Shown here: in pieces, positions 26,909-37,528 of the stretch
Numbering within the stretch: position 1 is the stretch's first letter
Layout of the letters: each line of letters starts with the position of its first letter
The notes under the pieces: model-generated
Told to the model about the DNA's origin: nothing
What the model saw: only the letters and a program-made list of their open reading frames with translations
Databases searched by the model: none
Source of the DNA: an uncultured bacterium
GTDB lineage: Bacteria > Patescibacteriota > Patescibacteriia > SG8-24 > DYFX01
Direction of reading: 5' to 3'
Assembly: GCA_937900255.1 (NCBI GenBank)
Contig: CALCDZ010000004.1
Coordinates: forward strand, 198,391 to 262,390
DNA: 64,000 nucleotides
Program-made: the position numbers and the translations under genes

Positions 26909-28413
26909 CGGAGACGGATTATACCGATCGCCAGAAACGGCTTCGTCGCCGCCTTGAGTTCGTGCCGGCCGCCTTCGTCTGGCTGACGCTGCTCGGCGCG
27001 GTGGCCTTGTCGCTGCTGAATCCGATCTGGGCGGTCTATTTCATCATCGCGTTCGACCTCTACTGGTTTTTCCGCGTGCTGTATTTCGTGATCTTCCTGA
27101 GCATCTCATGGGGCAGGCATAGGGGGGCGCTGCAGGTCGATTGGGAAGCGGAGCTGAAGCGTACGCCCGGCTGGGAACGCCTGCGGCATCTGGTCTTCCT
27201 TCCGACGTATAAGGAGGACGTCGAGATCATCCGCGCGACCTGCCGGAGCCTGCTCGATGCCAAGGTCGATCCGAAGACCATGCTGGTCGTCCTGGCCGGG
27301 GAGGAACGTGCCGGCCGCGATGAGTTCCTCGCGCGCGCCGAGGCGATCCGACAGGAATTCGGGAGCCGCTTCCTGAAGTTCGTCGTCACGGTCCATCCCT
27401 CCGACACCGTCGGGGAGATCGCCGGCAAGGGATCGAACCTCCACTACGCCGGCCCGTTCGCGCGCCAGGCGATCGACGACCTCGGCGCGGCATATGAGGA
27501 CGTCATCGTCTCGACGTTCGATGTCGACACGATCGCCCATCCGCAGTACTTCGCGCACCTCGCCAAGACCTATCTCGACGCGCCTGATCGGACGCGCGCC
27601 TCCTACCAGCCGGTCGTCCTCTATTCCAACAACATCTGGGACGCGCCCGCCATCATCCGCATCGCCGCCTTCGGGACGACCTTCTGGCTGCTTTCGGAAC
27701 TGGTCCGCCCGGATCGGCTCTTCACCTTCTCGTCGCACAGCATGCCGTTCAAGGCGTTGGTCGATGTCGGGTATTGGCAGCGCGACGTGGTCTCGGAGGA
27801 CTCCCGCATCTTCCTGCAGTGCCTCCTCCGCTACGACGGAGCCTACAGGGTCATCCCGCTGTACGTGCCGGTCTCGATGGACGCCGTGATGGCGCCGAGC
27901 TGGACCGGCAGTCTCGTCAACCTTTACAAGCAGCAGCGACGCTGGGCATGGGGCGTGGAACATTTCCCATACCTGGTGCTGAACTTCCTGGCGAACAAGG
28001 AGATTCCGCTCCGCAAGCGCCTTACCACGCTTTGGGTGCTGTTCGAAGGCATGTACACCTGGGCCACCGCTCCGGTCCTGATCTTCATCCTCGGCTGGCT
28101 GCCGCTCAACGTCGCGCGCTTGACCGGACGGCCGGAGGCCGTCTTCCAGAACGCCCCGCACACCCTGCAGTGGATCATGTCGTTCGCGATGCTCGGCGTC
28201 CTCGTTTCGGCGGTCCTTTCGCTGCCGCTCCTTCCGAGCCGCCCTGCCCACAAGAACCCCTACATGTTCGTCGTTATGCTGCTGCAGTGGATGCTCCTGC
28301 CGGTCACCTTCATCCTGTTCGGCGCGACTCCGGCCATCGAGGCGCAGACGCGCCTCATGATCGGGAAACGCCTGGGGTTCTGGGTCACTCCGAAAGAACT
28401 CAAGAAGACCTGA
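26893..28413 (+). CDS. Membrane-embedded processive family-2 glycosyltransferase (cellulose/chitin-synthase-like)
   Basis: Motifs DVD (STFDVDTIAHP), ED (VSEDSRIF) and QQRRWAWG (Q-x-x-R-W). Multiple TM helices flank the catalytic domain. Confidence 0.7.
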   Translation: MDHALTETDYTDRQKRLRRRLEFVPAAFVWLTLLGAVALSLLNPIWAVYFIIAFDLYWFFRVLYFVIFLSISWGRHRGALQVDWEAELKRTPGWERLRHLVFLPTYKEDVEIIRATCRSLLDAKVDPKTMLVVLAGEERAGRDEFLARAEAIRQEFGSRFLKFVVTVHPSDTVGEIAGKGSNLHYAGPFARQAIDDLGAAYEDVIVSTFDVDTIAHPQYFAHLAKTYLDAPDRTRASYQPVVLYSNNIWDAPAIIRIAAFGTTFWLLSELVRPDRLFTFSSHSMPFKALVDVGYWQRDVVSEDSRIFLQCLLRYDGAYRVIPLYVPVSMDAVMAPSWTGSLVNLYKQQRRWAWGVEHFPYLVLNFLANKEIPLRKRLTTLWVLFEGMYTWATAPVLIFILGWLPLNVARLTGRPEAVFQNAPHTLQWIMSFAMLGVLVSAVLSLPLLPSRPAHKNPYMFVVMLLQWMLLPVTFILFGATPAIEAQTRLMIGKRLGFWVTPKELKKT

Positions 28414-28416
28414 AGT

Positions 28417-29463
28417 ATGGCCAGGATCTCCGTCCACATCGTGAGTTGGAACAGCGCGCGTTTTTTGGGGGACGCCGTCGATTCCTTGCGCGCGCAGACG
28501 TTCAAGGACTTCACCCTCACCTTGGTCGATAACGCATCGACCGACGGTTCCGTCGATGTCGTCCGTGAGCGGTTTCCCGAGGCGACGGTCCTCCGGAACT
28601 TCAAGAATCTCGGATTCAGCCACGGGCATAATCAGGCCATCGAGTTGGCGCGCAACCGCTGGGAAGCCGATGACGCGCGCGGGCGCAGCTCCGTCGACCG
28701 CTATGTCCTTGTCATGAACCCGGACGTCATCCTGACGCCGAACTTCCTCGAGAACCTGGTGAAAGGGATCGATGGTCGCTTTGAGGTCGGGAGCGCTTGC
28801 GGGCGGCTTCTCCGGGTACGGCGCGGCGTCGACGAGCCTGAGTTCACCGACATCGTCGATTCGGCCGGGCTTGTTTTGCGCAAGAACCGCGGGGCCGTGG
28901 ATCGCGGGGCGGGGGAGCATGACGGCCCTCCGTATGACGTCCCATCCGAAGTCTTCGGCGTGTCCGGAGCACTGGCGCTCGTGCGCGCGGAGGCGGTCGA
29001 GCGGCTTCGGGAAATCGACGGACAGGTCTTCGATGAGGATTTTTTCGCGTATAAGGAGGACGTCGATCTCGCCTGGAGGCTGCGCCTGCTCGGCTGGAAA
29101 GCGTCCTACGTGAACGCGGCGGTCGCGTATCACTATCGCGGGACCGGCGGCGACGAGAAGGCCGGTTTCTGGGAACGTTTCACCCGTCGCCGCAGGCGTT
29201 CGGCGCTGGTGAATCGCCTCTCGACCCGCAACCAGCTGCTGCTCACGGCCAAGAACGACGATGCGGTCAACCGCCTGCTGCATCTGCCTTGGATCTGCCC
29301 GCACGTCATCGGCACTTTCCTTTCCACGCTGCTCCTTACGCCGCGCGCGCTCGGCGCCTATGCTGAAGCGGTAGCGCTCCTGCCGAAGATGTGGAAGAAG
29401 CGTCGCGCCGTTTTCCGCATGCGCAAGGTTTCCGCGAAAGAGATCCGCGCCTGGTTCCGGTGA
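28417..29463 (+). CDS. Family-2 glycosyltransferase
   Basis: ISVHIVSWNSARFLGDAVDSLRAQTFKDFTLTLVDNASTDGS, a GT-A fold N-terminus with the DxD region. Confidence 0.75.
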   Translation: MARISVHIVSWNSARFLGDAVDSLRAQTFKDFTLTLVDNASTDGSVDVVRERFPEATVLRNFKNLGFSHGHNQAIELARNRWEADDARGRSSVDRYVLVMNPDVILTPNFLENLVKGIDGRFEVGSACGRLLRVRRGVDEPEFTDIVDSAGLVLRKNRGAVDRGAGEHDGPPYDVPSEVFGVSGALALVRAEAVERLREIDGQVFDEDFFAYKEDVDLAWRLRLLGWKASYVNAAVAYHYRGTGGDEKAGFWERFTRRRRRSALVNRLSTRNQLLLTAKNDDAVNRLLHLPWICPHVIGTFLSTLLLTPRALGAYAEAVALLPKMWKKRRAVFRMRKVSAKEIRAWFR

Positions 29464-29464
29464 T

Positions 29465-30274
29465 ATGGACGTCAGCATCGTCATCGTCAACTACAAGACG
29501 CGCGGCATGGTCAAACAGGGCCTCAAGAGCCTGCGTGCGGCGCGCATCCGCTTGGATTACGAGATCTTCGTCGTGGATAACGCCTCGGACGACGGCCTGC
29601 CGGAACTGGTGCGCGAGCGTTTCCCGGAAGTCCGCTTGATCGCGCTCAAGAAGAACGTCGGCTTCGCCGCAGGCAACAACCTCGCGTTCCGCAAGGCGAA
29701 AGGGAAGTACGTGTTCGTCCTGAATCCGGACGCCATGGTCGACGCCGGCGCCGTCGAGGCGATGTTCGCGTACATGGAGACGCACCCGGAGGTCGGCGTG
29801 CTCGGCCCGAAGCTCGTGCGTCCCGACGGCGCGCGCCAGGAGTCCGTACATCGGTTCCCGACGCCGTGGATCCCGATCTACAGGCGCACGCCGCTCGGCC
29901 GCTTGGCGCGCGCCAGGGCGGCACTCGACCGCTACGCCATGCGCGGAGAGATCGGCGATGCCCCGATGGAGGTCGATTGGATGGAAGGCGCGGCGCTGTT
30001 CGTGCGTCGCAAGGCGATCGATGAAGTCGGCATGTTCGACGAGCGGTTTTTCGTCTATTTCGAGGATGCCGACTGGTGCCGCCGTTTCTGGGGCGCAGGC
30101 TGGAAGGTCGTCTACGATCCCGCAGTCCGGATCATCCACTATCACCGCCGCGAATCGGCAGACGCGCTCTGGTTCCTCGCGCCGATCATCAACAAGGTTT
30201 CCCGCATCCACATCGGAAGCGCCTGGAAGTATTTCATGAAATGGAGGGGCCTGCCGTCGCCTAGGCCGAGGTGA
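29465..30274 (+). CDS. Family-2 glycosyltransferase
   Basis: VSIVIVNYKTRGMVKQGLKSL...FVVDNASDDG...NVGFAAGNN. Confidence 0.75.
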   Translation: MDVSIVIVNYKTRGMVKQGLKSLRAARIRLDYEIFVVDNASDDGLPELVRERFPEVRLIALKKNVGFAAGNNLAFRKAKGKYVFVLNPDAMVDAGAVEAMFAYMETHPEVGVLGPKLVRPDGARQESVHRFPTPWIPIYRRTPLGRLARARAALDRYAMRGEIGDAPMEVDWMEGAALFVRRKAIDEVGMFDERFFVYFEDADWCRRFWGAGWKVVYDPAVRIIHYHRRESADALWFLAPIINKVSRIHIGSAWKYFMKWRGLPSPRPR

Positions 30275-32322
30275 TCGCGGAGGCCTCCCTTGCGCGGCCG
30301 CGTGCTATACTGGAGACCGTGGAGACGTATCGTCACAACCTGCTCGGGCATCACGAACTTCCGCACGTGCGACGGCGGAAGGTTCTTCGGCGATACGCGC
30401 TGCATGCGTCGCTCGGATTGCTCGCCTTGACGGTCATCGTGGGCGCGGCTATCGCGTTGCCCGCCTTGTCGGCGGCCCGCGTGCTGTATGCCCAGGCCAG
30501 CGCCGCGCGGGACGACCTGTTCGCCGCCAAGGACGCGGCGGAAAAACTCGACTTCAAGGGAGCTTCCTCGGATCTCGACGATGCCGTCGATCGTTTCGCG
30601 GCCGCGCGGGAAGCGCAGGCGAAACTCCGGCTCGCCGGAAGGCTGCCGTTTTTCCGTAAGGAGATCGAGGCCGCAGGCGACCTGGTGGAGGGGGGGTATG
30701 AAGCCTCCGTCGCGCTCAGGGAAACGATCGACGTCGGCGCCGATCTCGTGGCCGTCCTGAAAGGCGGCGCCTCGGCCGCCGGAACGGTGGCAGGCGTCTC
30801 AAGCGACCAGAGGCCCGTCTCGCAACTCACTGCGGAGGAGAAGCGGGCGCTCCTGCAGCAGCTGTCGCAGGCGCCGGATCGGCTCGGCCTGGCGCGCGCC
30901 TCGCTTGACCGCGCCTTGGCGGCCTGGGGGCGCGTCCCGCGCACCCCGCTCACTTCGGGCATCCTGGATTCGATCGCGCCCTACGAGACCCAGCTTACCG
31001 AATTGCGGGAAGCGCTCAGCCAGGACCTCTCGTCCCTGGCGGTCCTGCCGTCCGTATTGGGCTACCCGGAACCGAAGACGTACCTGTTCCTGATGCTCAA
31101 TAACACCGAACTGCGTCCCGGCGGGGGGTTCATCGGCACCTACGGCGTATTGAAGGTCGCGGACGGAGAGATCCGCTCCTTCTTCACCGATGACGTCTAC
31201 GCGCTCGACGGCCCTTCGGAGCCGTACATGCGCGAGACCCCGCCCGATCCGCTCAAGAAGTACTTGCGCGTGCCGAGCTGGTATTTGCGCGACGCCAACT
31301 GGTCGCCGGATTTCGTCGTTTCTGCCATGCAAGCGGAACGCCTGTACCGTCTCGAGGGCGGCAAGGAGACGTTCGACGGCGTGATCGGCGTGACGCCGAC
31401 CGTCGTCTCGAAGCTCCTGGCGCTGACCGGTCCGATCCAGATCGACGGCTCGACGTTCACCAAAGACAACGTGACCGATGAGCTCGAATATCAGGTGGAG
31501 AAAGCTTTCGCGGCCAACGGCATCCCGGCGGCGCAGCGCAAAGACGTGGTCGGGAAACTCGGCCAGGAACTGGTGCGGAGGCTGCTCGGTACCCGGCTTT
31601 CGGAACTCCCGTCCCTGGCGGAAGTCGCTCAGGAATCGGTTTCCGAAAAGCACCTGCTCGTCTCGTTCAGCGACCAGGCCTTGCAGGAGTTCGCCGACGC
31701 GCGCGGGTGGACCGGTCGCTTCCGGACGGCGGATGGCGACCGTCTCGCGGTCGTGAGCGCCAACCTGGCTTCGCTCAAGAGCGATGCCGTCGTCGACAAG
31801 TCGGTCAGTTATACCCTGAGGCCCGACAAGGGATCATGGATCGCTGCCGCGGCCGTAACGTACAGGAACAAAGGCCGCTTCACCTGGAAGACGACGCGCT
31901 ATCGCACCTACACCCGCTTCTACGCCCCGATCGGAAGCGCTTTCATCAAGGGGGAGGGGATGATGCAGGATGACAAGCTCAACGATCCCGGACGGCATGC
32001 GGGGACGATCGATGTCGGCACGGAGCTCGGGTCGGCCGTCTTCGGCGGCTTCATCTCGGTCGAGCCGGGCGAGACGCGCACGCTCAAGGTGGAATATCGC
32101 GTCTCCGATGCCGTGGCGGACATGATCCGGTCCGGCCGATACCGGCTCGGCGTCAGGAAGCAGCTCGGTACCCTGGCCGACAGTTTGACGCTCGACCTCG
32201 ATTTTGGTAAGAACGTAGCGCGCGCGACGCCGCCCGAAGACGCCAGTCAATGGGGCGACGCCCGCTATCGCCTTTCTTCCGACCTGCGCACCGACCGCGA
32301 ATTTTCGGTCGATTTCCGGTAA
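30271..32322 (+). CDS. Membrane-anchored DUF4012-like protein
   Basis: 683 aa with an N-terminal TM, a long coiled region, and the block FLMLNNTELRPGGGFIGTYG, which resembles the DUF4012 signature. The family assignment is from memory. Confidence 0.45.
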   Translation: MIAEASLARPRAILETVETYRHNLLGHHELPHVRRRKVLRRYALHASLGLLALTVIVGAAIALPALSAARVLYAQASAARDDLFAAKDAAEKLDFKGASSDLDDAVDRFAAAREAQAKLRLAGRLPFFRKEIEAAGDLVEGGYEASVALRETIDVGADLVAVLKGGASAAGTVAGVSSDQRPVSQLTAEEKRALLQQLSQAPDRLGLARASLDRALAAWGRVPRTPLTSGILDSIAPYETQLTELREALSQDLSSLAVLPSVLGYPEPKTYLFLMLNNTELRPGGGFIGTYGVLKVADGEIRSFFTDDVYALDGPSEPYMRETPPDPLKKYLRVPSWYLRDANWSPDFVVSAMQAERLYRLEGGKETFDGVIGVTPTVVSKLLALTGPIQIDGSTFTKDNVTDELEYQVEKAFAANGIPAAQRKDVVGKLGQELVRRLLGTRLSELPSLAEVAQESVSEKHLLVSFSDQALQEFADARGWTGRFRTADGDRLAVVSANLASLKSDAVVDKSVSYTLRPDKGSWIAAAAVTYRNKGRFTWKTTRYRTYTRFYAPIGSAFIKGEGMMQDDKLNDPGRHAGTIDVGTELGSAVFGGFISVEPGETRTLKVEYRVSDAVADMIRSGRYRLGVRKQLGTLADSLTLDLDFGKNVARATPPEDASQWGDARYRLSSDLRTDREFSVDFR

Positions 32323-32328
32323 TACCCA

Positions 32329-33336
32329 ATGCTTATCAAGAAAATCGGCATCGACCTGGGCACCACCAGCGTCCTGGTCTATGCGCCCAAGCGCGGCATC
32401 ATCATGAACGAACCGTCGGTCGTCGCCATCTCGACGGTCGATAAGAGGATTTTGGCCGTCGGCAAGGAGGCCAAGGAGATGCTCGGCCGCACGCCCGACA
32501 CCATCGTGGCGGTGCGTCCGCTCAAGGAAGGCGTGATCGCCGACTACAAGACGACCGAAGCGATGCTCCGGTATTTCATCAACAAGGCCGTCGGCGGCAT
32601 GCGCGTCTTCCGTCCAGAAGTCATGGTGGCCGTGCCGGGCGGCATTACGTCGGTGGAGCGCCGCGCCGTCATCGACGCGACCATCGCCGCAGGCGCCCGC
32701 GCCGCCTACATCATCAAGGAGCCGGTCGTGGCTGCCATCGGCGCCGACATCCCGATCGGATCGCCTTCGGGTCACATGATCATCGACATCGGCGGCGGCA
32801 CCGCCGAGATGGCCGTCATCTCGCTGGGCGGCATCGTCGCCTCGGATTCCGTGCGCGTGGGCGGCAACAAGCTCGACGCCGCCATCGCCGAGCACATCCG
32901 CCGCAAGTACGGCATGTCGATCGGAGAGCGCACTGCCGAGGAGATCAAGATCCAGATCGGGTCCGCGCTCTACCTCGACGAGAAGCTCACGATGGAGTGC
33001 AAGGGCCGCGACATGATCACGGGCCTGCCGCGCATCATCACCGTCACCTCCGACGACGTGACCGACGCCATCCAGGCCGAACTCGAGGAACTCGTGGCCA
33101 AGCTGAAGGAAGTCCTGCGCCGCACGCCGCCGGAGCTTTCCGCTGACGTGATGGAAAAGGGGATGATCCTCTCCGGCGGTTCCTCGCAGCTCCGCAACCT
33201 CGACCGTCTCCTGGCCAAAGCCACCGGCGTCCCGGCCTACGTCGCCGACGAACCCCAGCTCTGCGTCGCCAAAGGCACCGGCGTAGCCCTCGAGAACCTG
33301 GAATCCTACAAGCGCTCGATCCTGGCGATGCGGTGA
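32329..33336 (+). CDS. mreB: Rod shape-determining protein MreB
   Basis: IGIDLGTTSVLVY..., the actin-fold phosphate loops DIGGGTAEMAVISLGG, and the C-terminal GGSSQLRNLDRLL. Confidence 0.9.
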   Translation: MLIKKIGIDLGTTSVLVYAPKRGIIMNEPSVVAISTVDKRILAVGKEAKEMLGRTPDTIVAVRPLKEGVIADYKTTEAMLRYFINKAVGGMRVFRPEVMVAVPGGITSVERRAVIDATIAAGARAAYIIKEPVVAAIGADIPIGSPSGHMIIDIGGGTAEMAVISLGGIVASDSVRVGGNKLDAAIAEHIRRKYGMSIGERTAEEIKIQIGSALYLDEKLTMECKGRDMITGLPRIITVTSDDVTDAIQAELEELVAKLKEVLRRTPPELSADVMEKGMILSGGSSQLRNLDRLLAKATGVPAYVADEPQLCVAKGTGVALENLESYKRSILAMR

Positions 33337-33365
33337 CGCGGGGCGGTTCTCCGCCTCCATCCTCG

Positions 33366-33389
33366 AAAAATCCCCGTAAGGGGATTTTT
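33366..33389. terminator. Rho-independent terminator after mreB
   Basis: AAAAATCCCC-gtaa-GGGGATTTTT is a perfect symmetric hairpin with A and T flanks. Confidence 0.7.
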
Positions 33390-33401
33390 CGGTCGCGACA
33401 T

Positions 33402-34394
33402 ATGCTACACTTCTCCCATATGAAACTCCGTTGGCAGTGGAAACGTTGGCCGGTCGCGCTTGCGGTCTTCCTTTTTGCGGGCGCGGACGCCTTGGCGCAT
33501 GAGAAGTGGTACGTCGACGCGCATGCCGTCCCGCCGGGGCCGCCGGCCTTCCTGCGGGTCGATCCGGTGTTCGCCGGCGTGTCCGTCGCCATCGCGATCG
33601 CTTTGTTCCTCCTCGCCACCTGGGTCGACCGTCGGATGGACGGCTCGCGGCTGATGCGGGCGTTCGACGAGCGCATGGCGCGGGCGCGCATCAGCCCGCA
33701 CGCGGTGCTCGGCGCGCTCCTCGGCGCATCGCTCATGGGCGCCGGACTTCAGCAGACGCTCTTCTCGCCGAACTTGGCGCTGCCGGCCACGACGTGGGGG
33801 GCGGTCCTGGGTATCGTCGAAATCGGTCTCGGCACGCTGATGCTGTTCCTCGAACCGTTCTATCCGGAGCTCAGTGTCGTCCTCATTCTGCTCTTCCTCT
33901 CCGGTTTTACCGTCCTGCCGTTCTGGGACCAGATGGAGGAGCTGCTGATCGTCGGCGCGGCCATCTTCTTCATCTGCAACGAGACCATCCGTTCTCCCTG
34001 GAAGGCGTGGAACACGCCGGAGCGCAGGCGTCTCGGCTATCAGGCCTTCCGCGTCCTCGTCGGATTGAATTTCCTGGTGCTGTCGACCGTGAAATGGCTG
34101 CGGCCGGAGCTCGGCCTGGCGGTGGTCGCGCGCTACCACATCAATTTCCTCGCGTGGCTGCACGTCAGTGATCCGCAGTTCGTCTTCCTCGCCGCCATCG
34201 TCGAGACGATGGTCGCGCTCTGCATCCTGCTGCGCGTCGCTTTCCGTCCGGCACTCATGGCGGCGTTCGTCTTCTTCACCCTCTCGATCTTCTTCCTGGG
34301 CTTCAGGGAACTGCTGGGGCACCTGCCGATCAAGGCGGCCATCTTCCTGTTCTTCGTCTACGGCCATTGGCACAAGGACGAAGCCAAGCCATAA
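33402..34394 (+). CDS. Hypothetical polytopic membrane protein
   Basis: About 330 aa with 8 or more TM helices. Start placed at MLHFSHMKLRW. Confidence 0.45.
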   Translation: MLHFSHMKLRWQWKRWPVALAVFLFAGADALAHEKWYVDAHAVPPGPPAFLRVDPVFAGVSVAIAIALFLLATWVDRRMDGSRLMRAFDERMARARISPHAVLGALLGASLMGAGLQQTLFSPNLALPATTWGAVLGIVEIGLGTLMLFLEPFYPELSVVLILLFLSGFTVLPFWDQMEELLIVGAAIFFICNETIRSPWKAWNTPERRRLGYQAFRVLVGLNFLVLSTVKWLRPELGLAVVARYHINFLAWLHVSDPQFVFLAAIVETMVALCILLRVAFRPALMAAFVFFTLSIFFLGFRELLGHLPIKAAIFLFFVYGHWHKDEAKP

Positions 34395-34403
34395 GCGCGA
34401 CGC

Positions 34404-35549
34404 ATGGCACTCATCGGCATCGACGCCAGCCGCGCCAACGCGCGCGAACGCACCGGCACCGAGTGGTATTCCTACTACTTGATCCAGGCCCTGAAGCGGC
34501 TTCAGGTGCCGGGATTGGAATACGTCCTGTACTCCAAGAAAATCCTTCAGGACGGCCTGGAGGCGTTTCCGCCGGGCTGGAGCGGGAAGGTCCTCCATTG
34601 GCGCAGCCAGCGGTTCTGGAACCAGTTCCGGTTGTCCTGGGAGCTCTCTCGCCATCCGGTCGACCTGTTCTTCCAGCCGACGCACACCCTGCCCCTCTTC
34701 GCGCCGAAGCGTTCGGTCACCACCTTGCATGACATCGGGTTCGAGCGGATGCCGAAGCTCTATCGTCCGGCCGAACTGCGGTACCATCGCTATTCGGCGC
34801 AGCTGGCGGTGAAGCGCGCCGACCGCATCCTGACCGTCTCGGAATTCTCCAAACGCGAGATCGTGGACCGCTATCGGTTGCCGCCCGGACGCGTGACCGT
34901 CACGCCGCTCGCCGTCGATCCGGCGCGCTACCACCCGGGCATCGCCGAGGAAGCGAAGGAAGCCGTGCTCGCGAAGTATCGCCTGACGCTCCCGTTCATG
35001 ATTTACGTCGGGCGCGTCGAGGAGAAGAAGAACATCGTCAATCTCGTCCATGCCTTTTCGCTCTTCAAGGAACGGCGCGGCGTCGGCGATCCGGTGAAGC
35101 TGTTGCTCGTGGGCAGCCCCGGCTTCGGCATCGAGCGGATCCGGAGGGAGATCGCCGCGCGGAAGCTCGAGTCGGCGGTCCTTATGCCCGGTTACGTGCC
35201 GGAAACGGAAGTGCCGGCCCTCATCGCCGCCGCCAAGCTCCTGCTCCTGCCTTCCTGGTACGAAGGGTTCGGCCTGCCGATCATCCAGGCGCAGGCTTGC
35301 GGGACGCCGGTCATCGCTTCCGACGTCGCATCGATGCCTGAGGTCGGCGGCGACGCGGCGCTCTATGCGGGACCGGACGAGCCGGAACGTCTGGCGGAAG
35401 CCATGCGGTCCCTGATGGATGATTACGCTGCCTGGGAGCGTTGCCGCTCCCTCGGTTTTGAGAACGCCAGACGTTTTTCCTGGGAGAAGACGGCCCGCTT
35501 GACGATGGACGCGTTCCTTGAGGTACTGGGGGTCCAAGGCCCCGTATGA
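34404..35549 (+). CDS. GT-B glycosyltransferase (family 1/4)
   Basis: C-terminal [35 protein letters not shown] is the classic GT4 E-x7-E region. Confidence 0.75.
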   Translation: MALIGIDASRANARERTGTEWYSYYLIQALKRLQVPGLEYVLYSKKILQDGLEAFPPGWSGKVLHWRSQRFWNQFRLSWELSRHPVDLFFQPTHTLPLFAPKRSVTTLHDIGFERMPKLYRPAELRYHRYSAQLAVKRADRILTVSEFSKREIVDRYRLPPGRVTVTPLAVDPARYHPGIAEEAKEAVLAKYRLTLPFMIYVGRVEEKKNIVNLVHAFSLFKERRGVGDPVKLLLVGSPGFGIERIRREIAARKLESAVLMPGYVPETEVPALIAAAKLLLLPSWYEGFGLPIIQAQACGTPVIASDVASMPEVGGDAALYAGPDEPERLAEAMRSLMDDYAAWERCRSLGFENARRFSWEKTARLTMDAFLEVLGVQGPV

Positions 35550-36451
35550 ACGACGTCTTCTCTTCCATCATCGGGCACGAGCGCGCCGTCGAACGTCTCC
35601 GCATCATGCTGGCGAACGGCGTCTTTCCGCATGCGCTCGTCCTGCATGGACCCCGCCGGCTCGGAAAGATGACGATCGCGCTGGCCGCCGCCGCCGGGCT
35701 GCTCGGCACGGATGCGCCCGGGCGGCATCCGGACTTCCGGCTGATCGCCCGTCCGCGCGACGAAAAGACCGACAAGCTCAAGCAGCGGATACCGATCGAT
35801 GCCGTCCGCGCCCTCCAGGAGCATCTGCGGATGAGCGCGTTCCTGGGCGGAGCGAAGGTCGCTGTCGTCGACGAGGCTGAAACCCTGAGCGAGGAGGCGG
35901 CCAACGCGTTCCTGAAGACGCTGGAAGAACCGTCGCCCCGCACGAGCATCATCATGTGCGTCGAAAGCGCGGACCGGCTGCCGGGAACGATCTTGAGCCG
36001 TTCGGCGCTCGTGGAGCTGCGCCGCGTCTCCCAAAGCGCGCTTGCGACTGCCCTGGAAGCGCGCGGGCTGGCCCCGAAAGCCGCCGCGCGCGCCGCATCC
36101 CGCAGCGACGGGCGTCCGGGGCAAGCGCTCGGATTCCTGGAGGGGGGCGATATGGTAGACTGGTACGAGACCGAGGAACGGCGTTGGCGCTCGCTGCGCG
36201 GCGCGCCGGACCACCGGCGCTTCGCCGCATTGTCCGACCTGGCGCCGCCGCGCGCCGACCGCGAGGAGGCCGTGCTCCGGATCCGCGGCGTCATCGACCT
36301 TTGGCGCTCCTTCCTGCGCCAGGAACTCCTGGCGGGGGAGCCGTCGGCCGCCGCCAACCTTCGCCGCCTCCAGACGCTTCAACGCGCGCTCGACGTCAAC
36401 GTCCAGCCGCGCGCCCTCCTTGAACGCTTCGCCTTAACGCTCGACCGATGA
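35546..36451 (+). CDS. holB: DNA polymerase III delta-prime subunit
   Basis: IIGHERAVERLRIMLANGVFPHALVLHGPRRLGKMTIALAAAAGLL; NAFLKTLEEPSPRTSIIMCVESADRLPGTILSRS (SRC motif). Confidence 0.7.
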   Translation: MNDVFSSIIGHERAVERLRIMLANGVFPHALVLHGPRRLGKMTIALAAAAGLLGTDAPGRHPDFRLIARPRDEKTDKLKQRIPIDAVRALQEHLRMSAFLGGAKVAVVDEAETLSEEAANAFLKTLEEPSPRTSIIMCVESADRLPGTILSRSALVELRRVSQSALATALEARGLAPKAAARAASRSDGRPGQALGFLEGGDMVDWYETEERRWRSLRGAPDHRRFAALSDLAPPRADREEAVLRIRGVIDLWRSFLRQELLAGEPSAAANLRRLQTLQRALDVNVQPRALLERFALTLDR

Positions 36452-37524
36452 CTATGCGCCTGAACAAGAATCTCGCCCTGCTGGCGGCCGCCCTGCTGCT
36501 CGTCGGACAGGGCTGCATCCAGATCACCGGCGCCGGCGGATCCTCCAGCTCCGCGGGGGGGATCTTCCGTTCGTCCGACCGCGGCGCGTCCTGGCAGCAG
36601 AAATCGTCGATCGCGACGGTCGGCGCGTCGCGCGGCTTCGGCACCCTCAACATCACGACGCTTGCGTTCGATCCGTCCGACCGCAAGGCGCTGTATGCCG
36701 GCACGGAAGGCGGCCTCTTCTACTCCTATGACGGAGGCGATGCCTGGCAGGGGGCGGGCGCGCTCGGAGCCGTGCCGGTGACGTCCGTGGCCGTGAGCCC
36801 TTCCGACAAGTGCGTCGTCTTCGTCGGCACCGGCAACAAGGTCATGCGCAGCGACGACTGTTCCCGCAGCTGGACGAACGTCTACTTCGACCCGCGTTCC
36901 GGCACGCGCATCACGAGCGTCAAGATCGATTTCTTCAATCCTTCCAACATCTACGCGGCGACGAGCCAGGGAGACTTCCTGAAAAGCTCGGACTCCGGCG
37001 CCTCCTGGAGCCCGATCCACCGCTTCGACAACGAGATCCGGCAAGTCCTGATGACGGCGGCCGATTCCCGCGTGATGTACGCGGTCACCCGCAGCAAGGG
37101 GCTCTGGAAATCGACGGACGCCGGCCTCACATGGGCGGATCTCAGCTCCGGGATGGGCGCCTATGCCGGCGCGCTCGACAACATGATGGCGGTCGAGGAC
37201 GTGGCGAAGGGCAACAGTCTCGTCGTCGCTTCCAACTACGGCCTGCTGCGCAGCGTCGACGGCGGTTCGAGCTGGAAGCCGGTCACGCTCCTGACGCCTC
37301 CCGGCTCCACCGTGATCTATTCGCTCGCGCTCGATCCCAAGAACTCCAGCTTCATCGCGTACGGCACGCTCAGCACGCTGTATCGCAGCGTCGACGGCGG
37401 CTCCAAATGGACCACCTCCAAACTTCCGTCGACGCGCGCGGCGACGCTGTTGCTGATGGATCCGTCGGGTTCCGGCACGATCTACATGGGCACCTCGCTT
37501 ATCAAACAAAATAGCGCCTTCTGA
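36448..37524 (+). CDS. BNR/Ycf48-like beta-propeller lipoprotein
   Basis: Lipobox LLLVGQGC. Repeated S-x-D-x-G-x-SW motifs (SSDRGASW, SYDGGDAW, SSDSGASW, STDAGLTW, SVDGGSSW, SVDGGSKW). Confidence 0.55.
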   Translation: MTMRLNKNLALLAAALLLVGQGCIQITGAGGSSSSAGGIFRSSDRGASWQQKSSIATVGASRGFGTLNITTLAFDPSDRKALYAGTEGGLFYSYDGGDAWQGAGALGAVPVTSVAVSPSDKCVVFVGTGNKVMRSDDCSRSWTNVYFDPRSGTRITSVKIDFFNPSNIYAATSQGDFLKSSDSGASWSPIHRFDNEIRQVLMTAADSRVMYAVTRSKGLWKSTDAGLTWADLSSGMGAYAGALDNMMAVEDVAKGNSLVVASNYGLLRSVDGGSSWKPVTLLTPPGSTVIYSLALDPKNSSFIAYGTLSTLYRSVDGGSKWTTSKLPSTRAATLLLMDPSGSGTIYMGTSLIKQNSAF

Positions 37525-37528
37525 ACGT

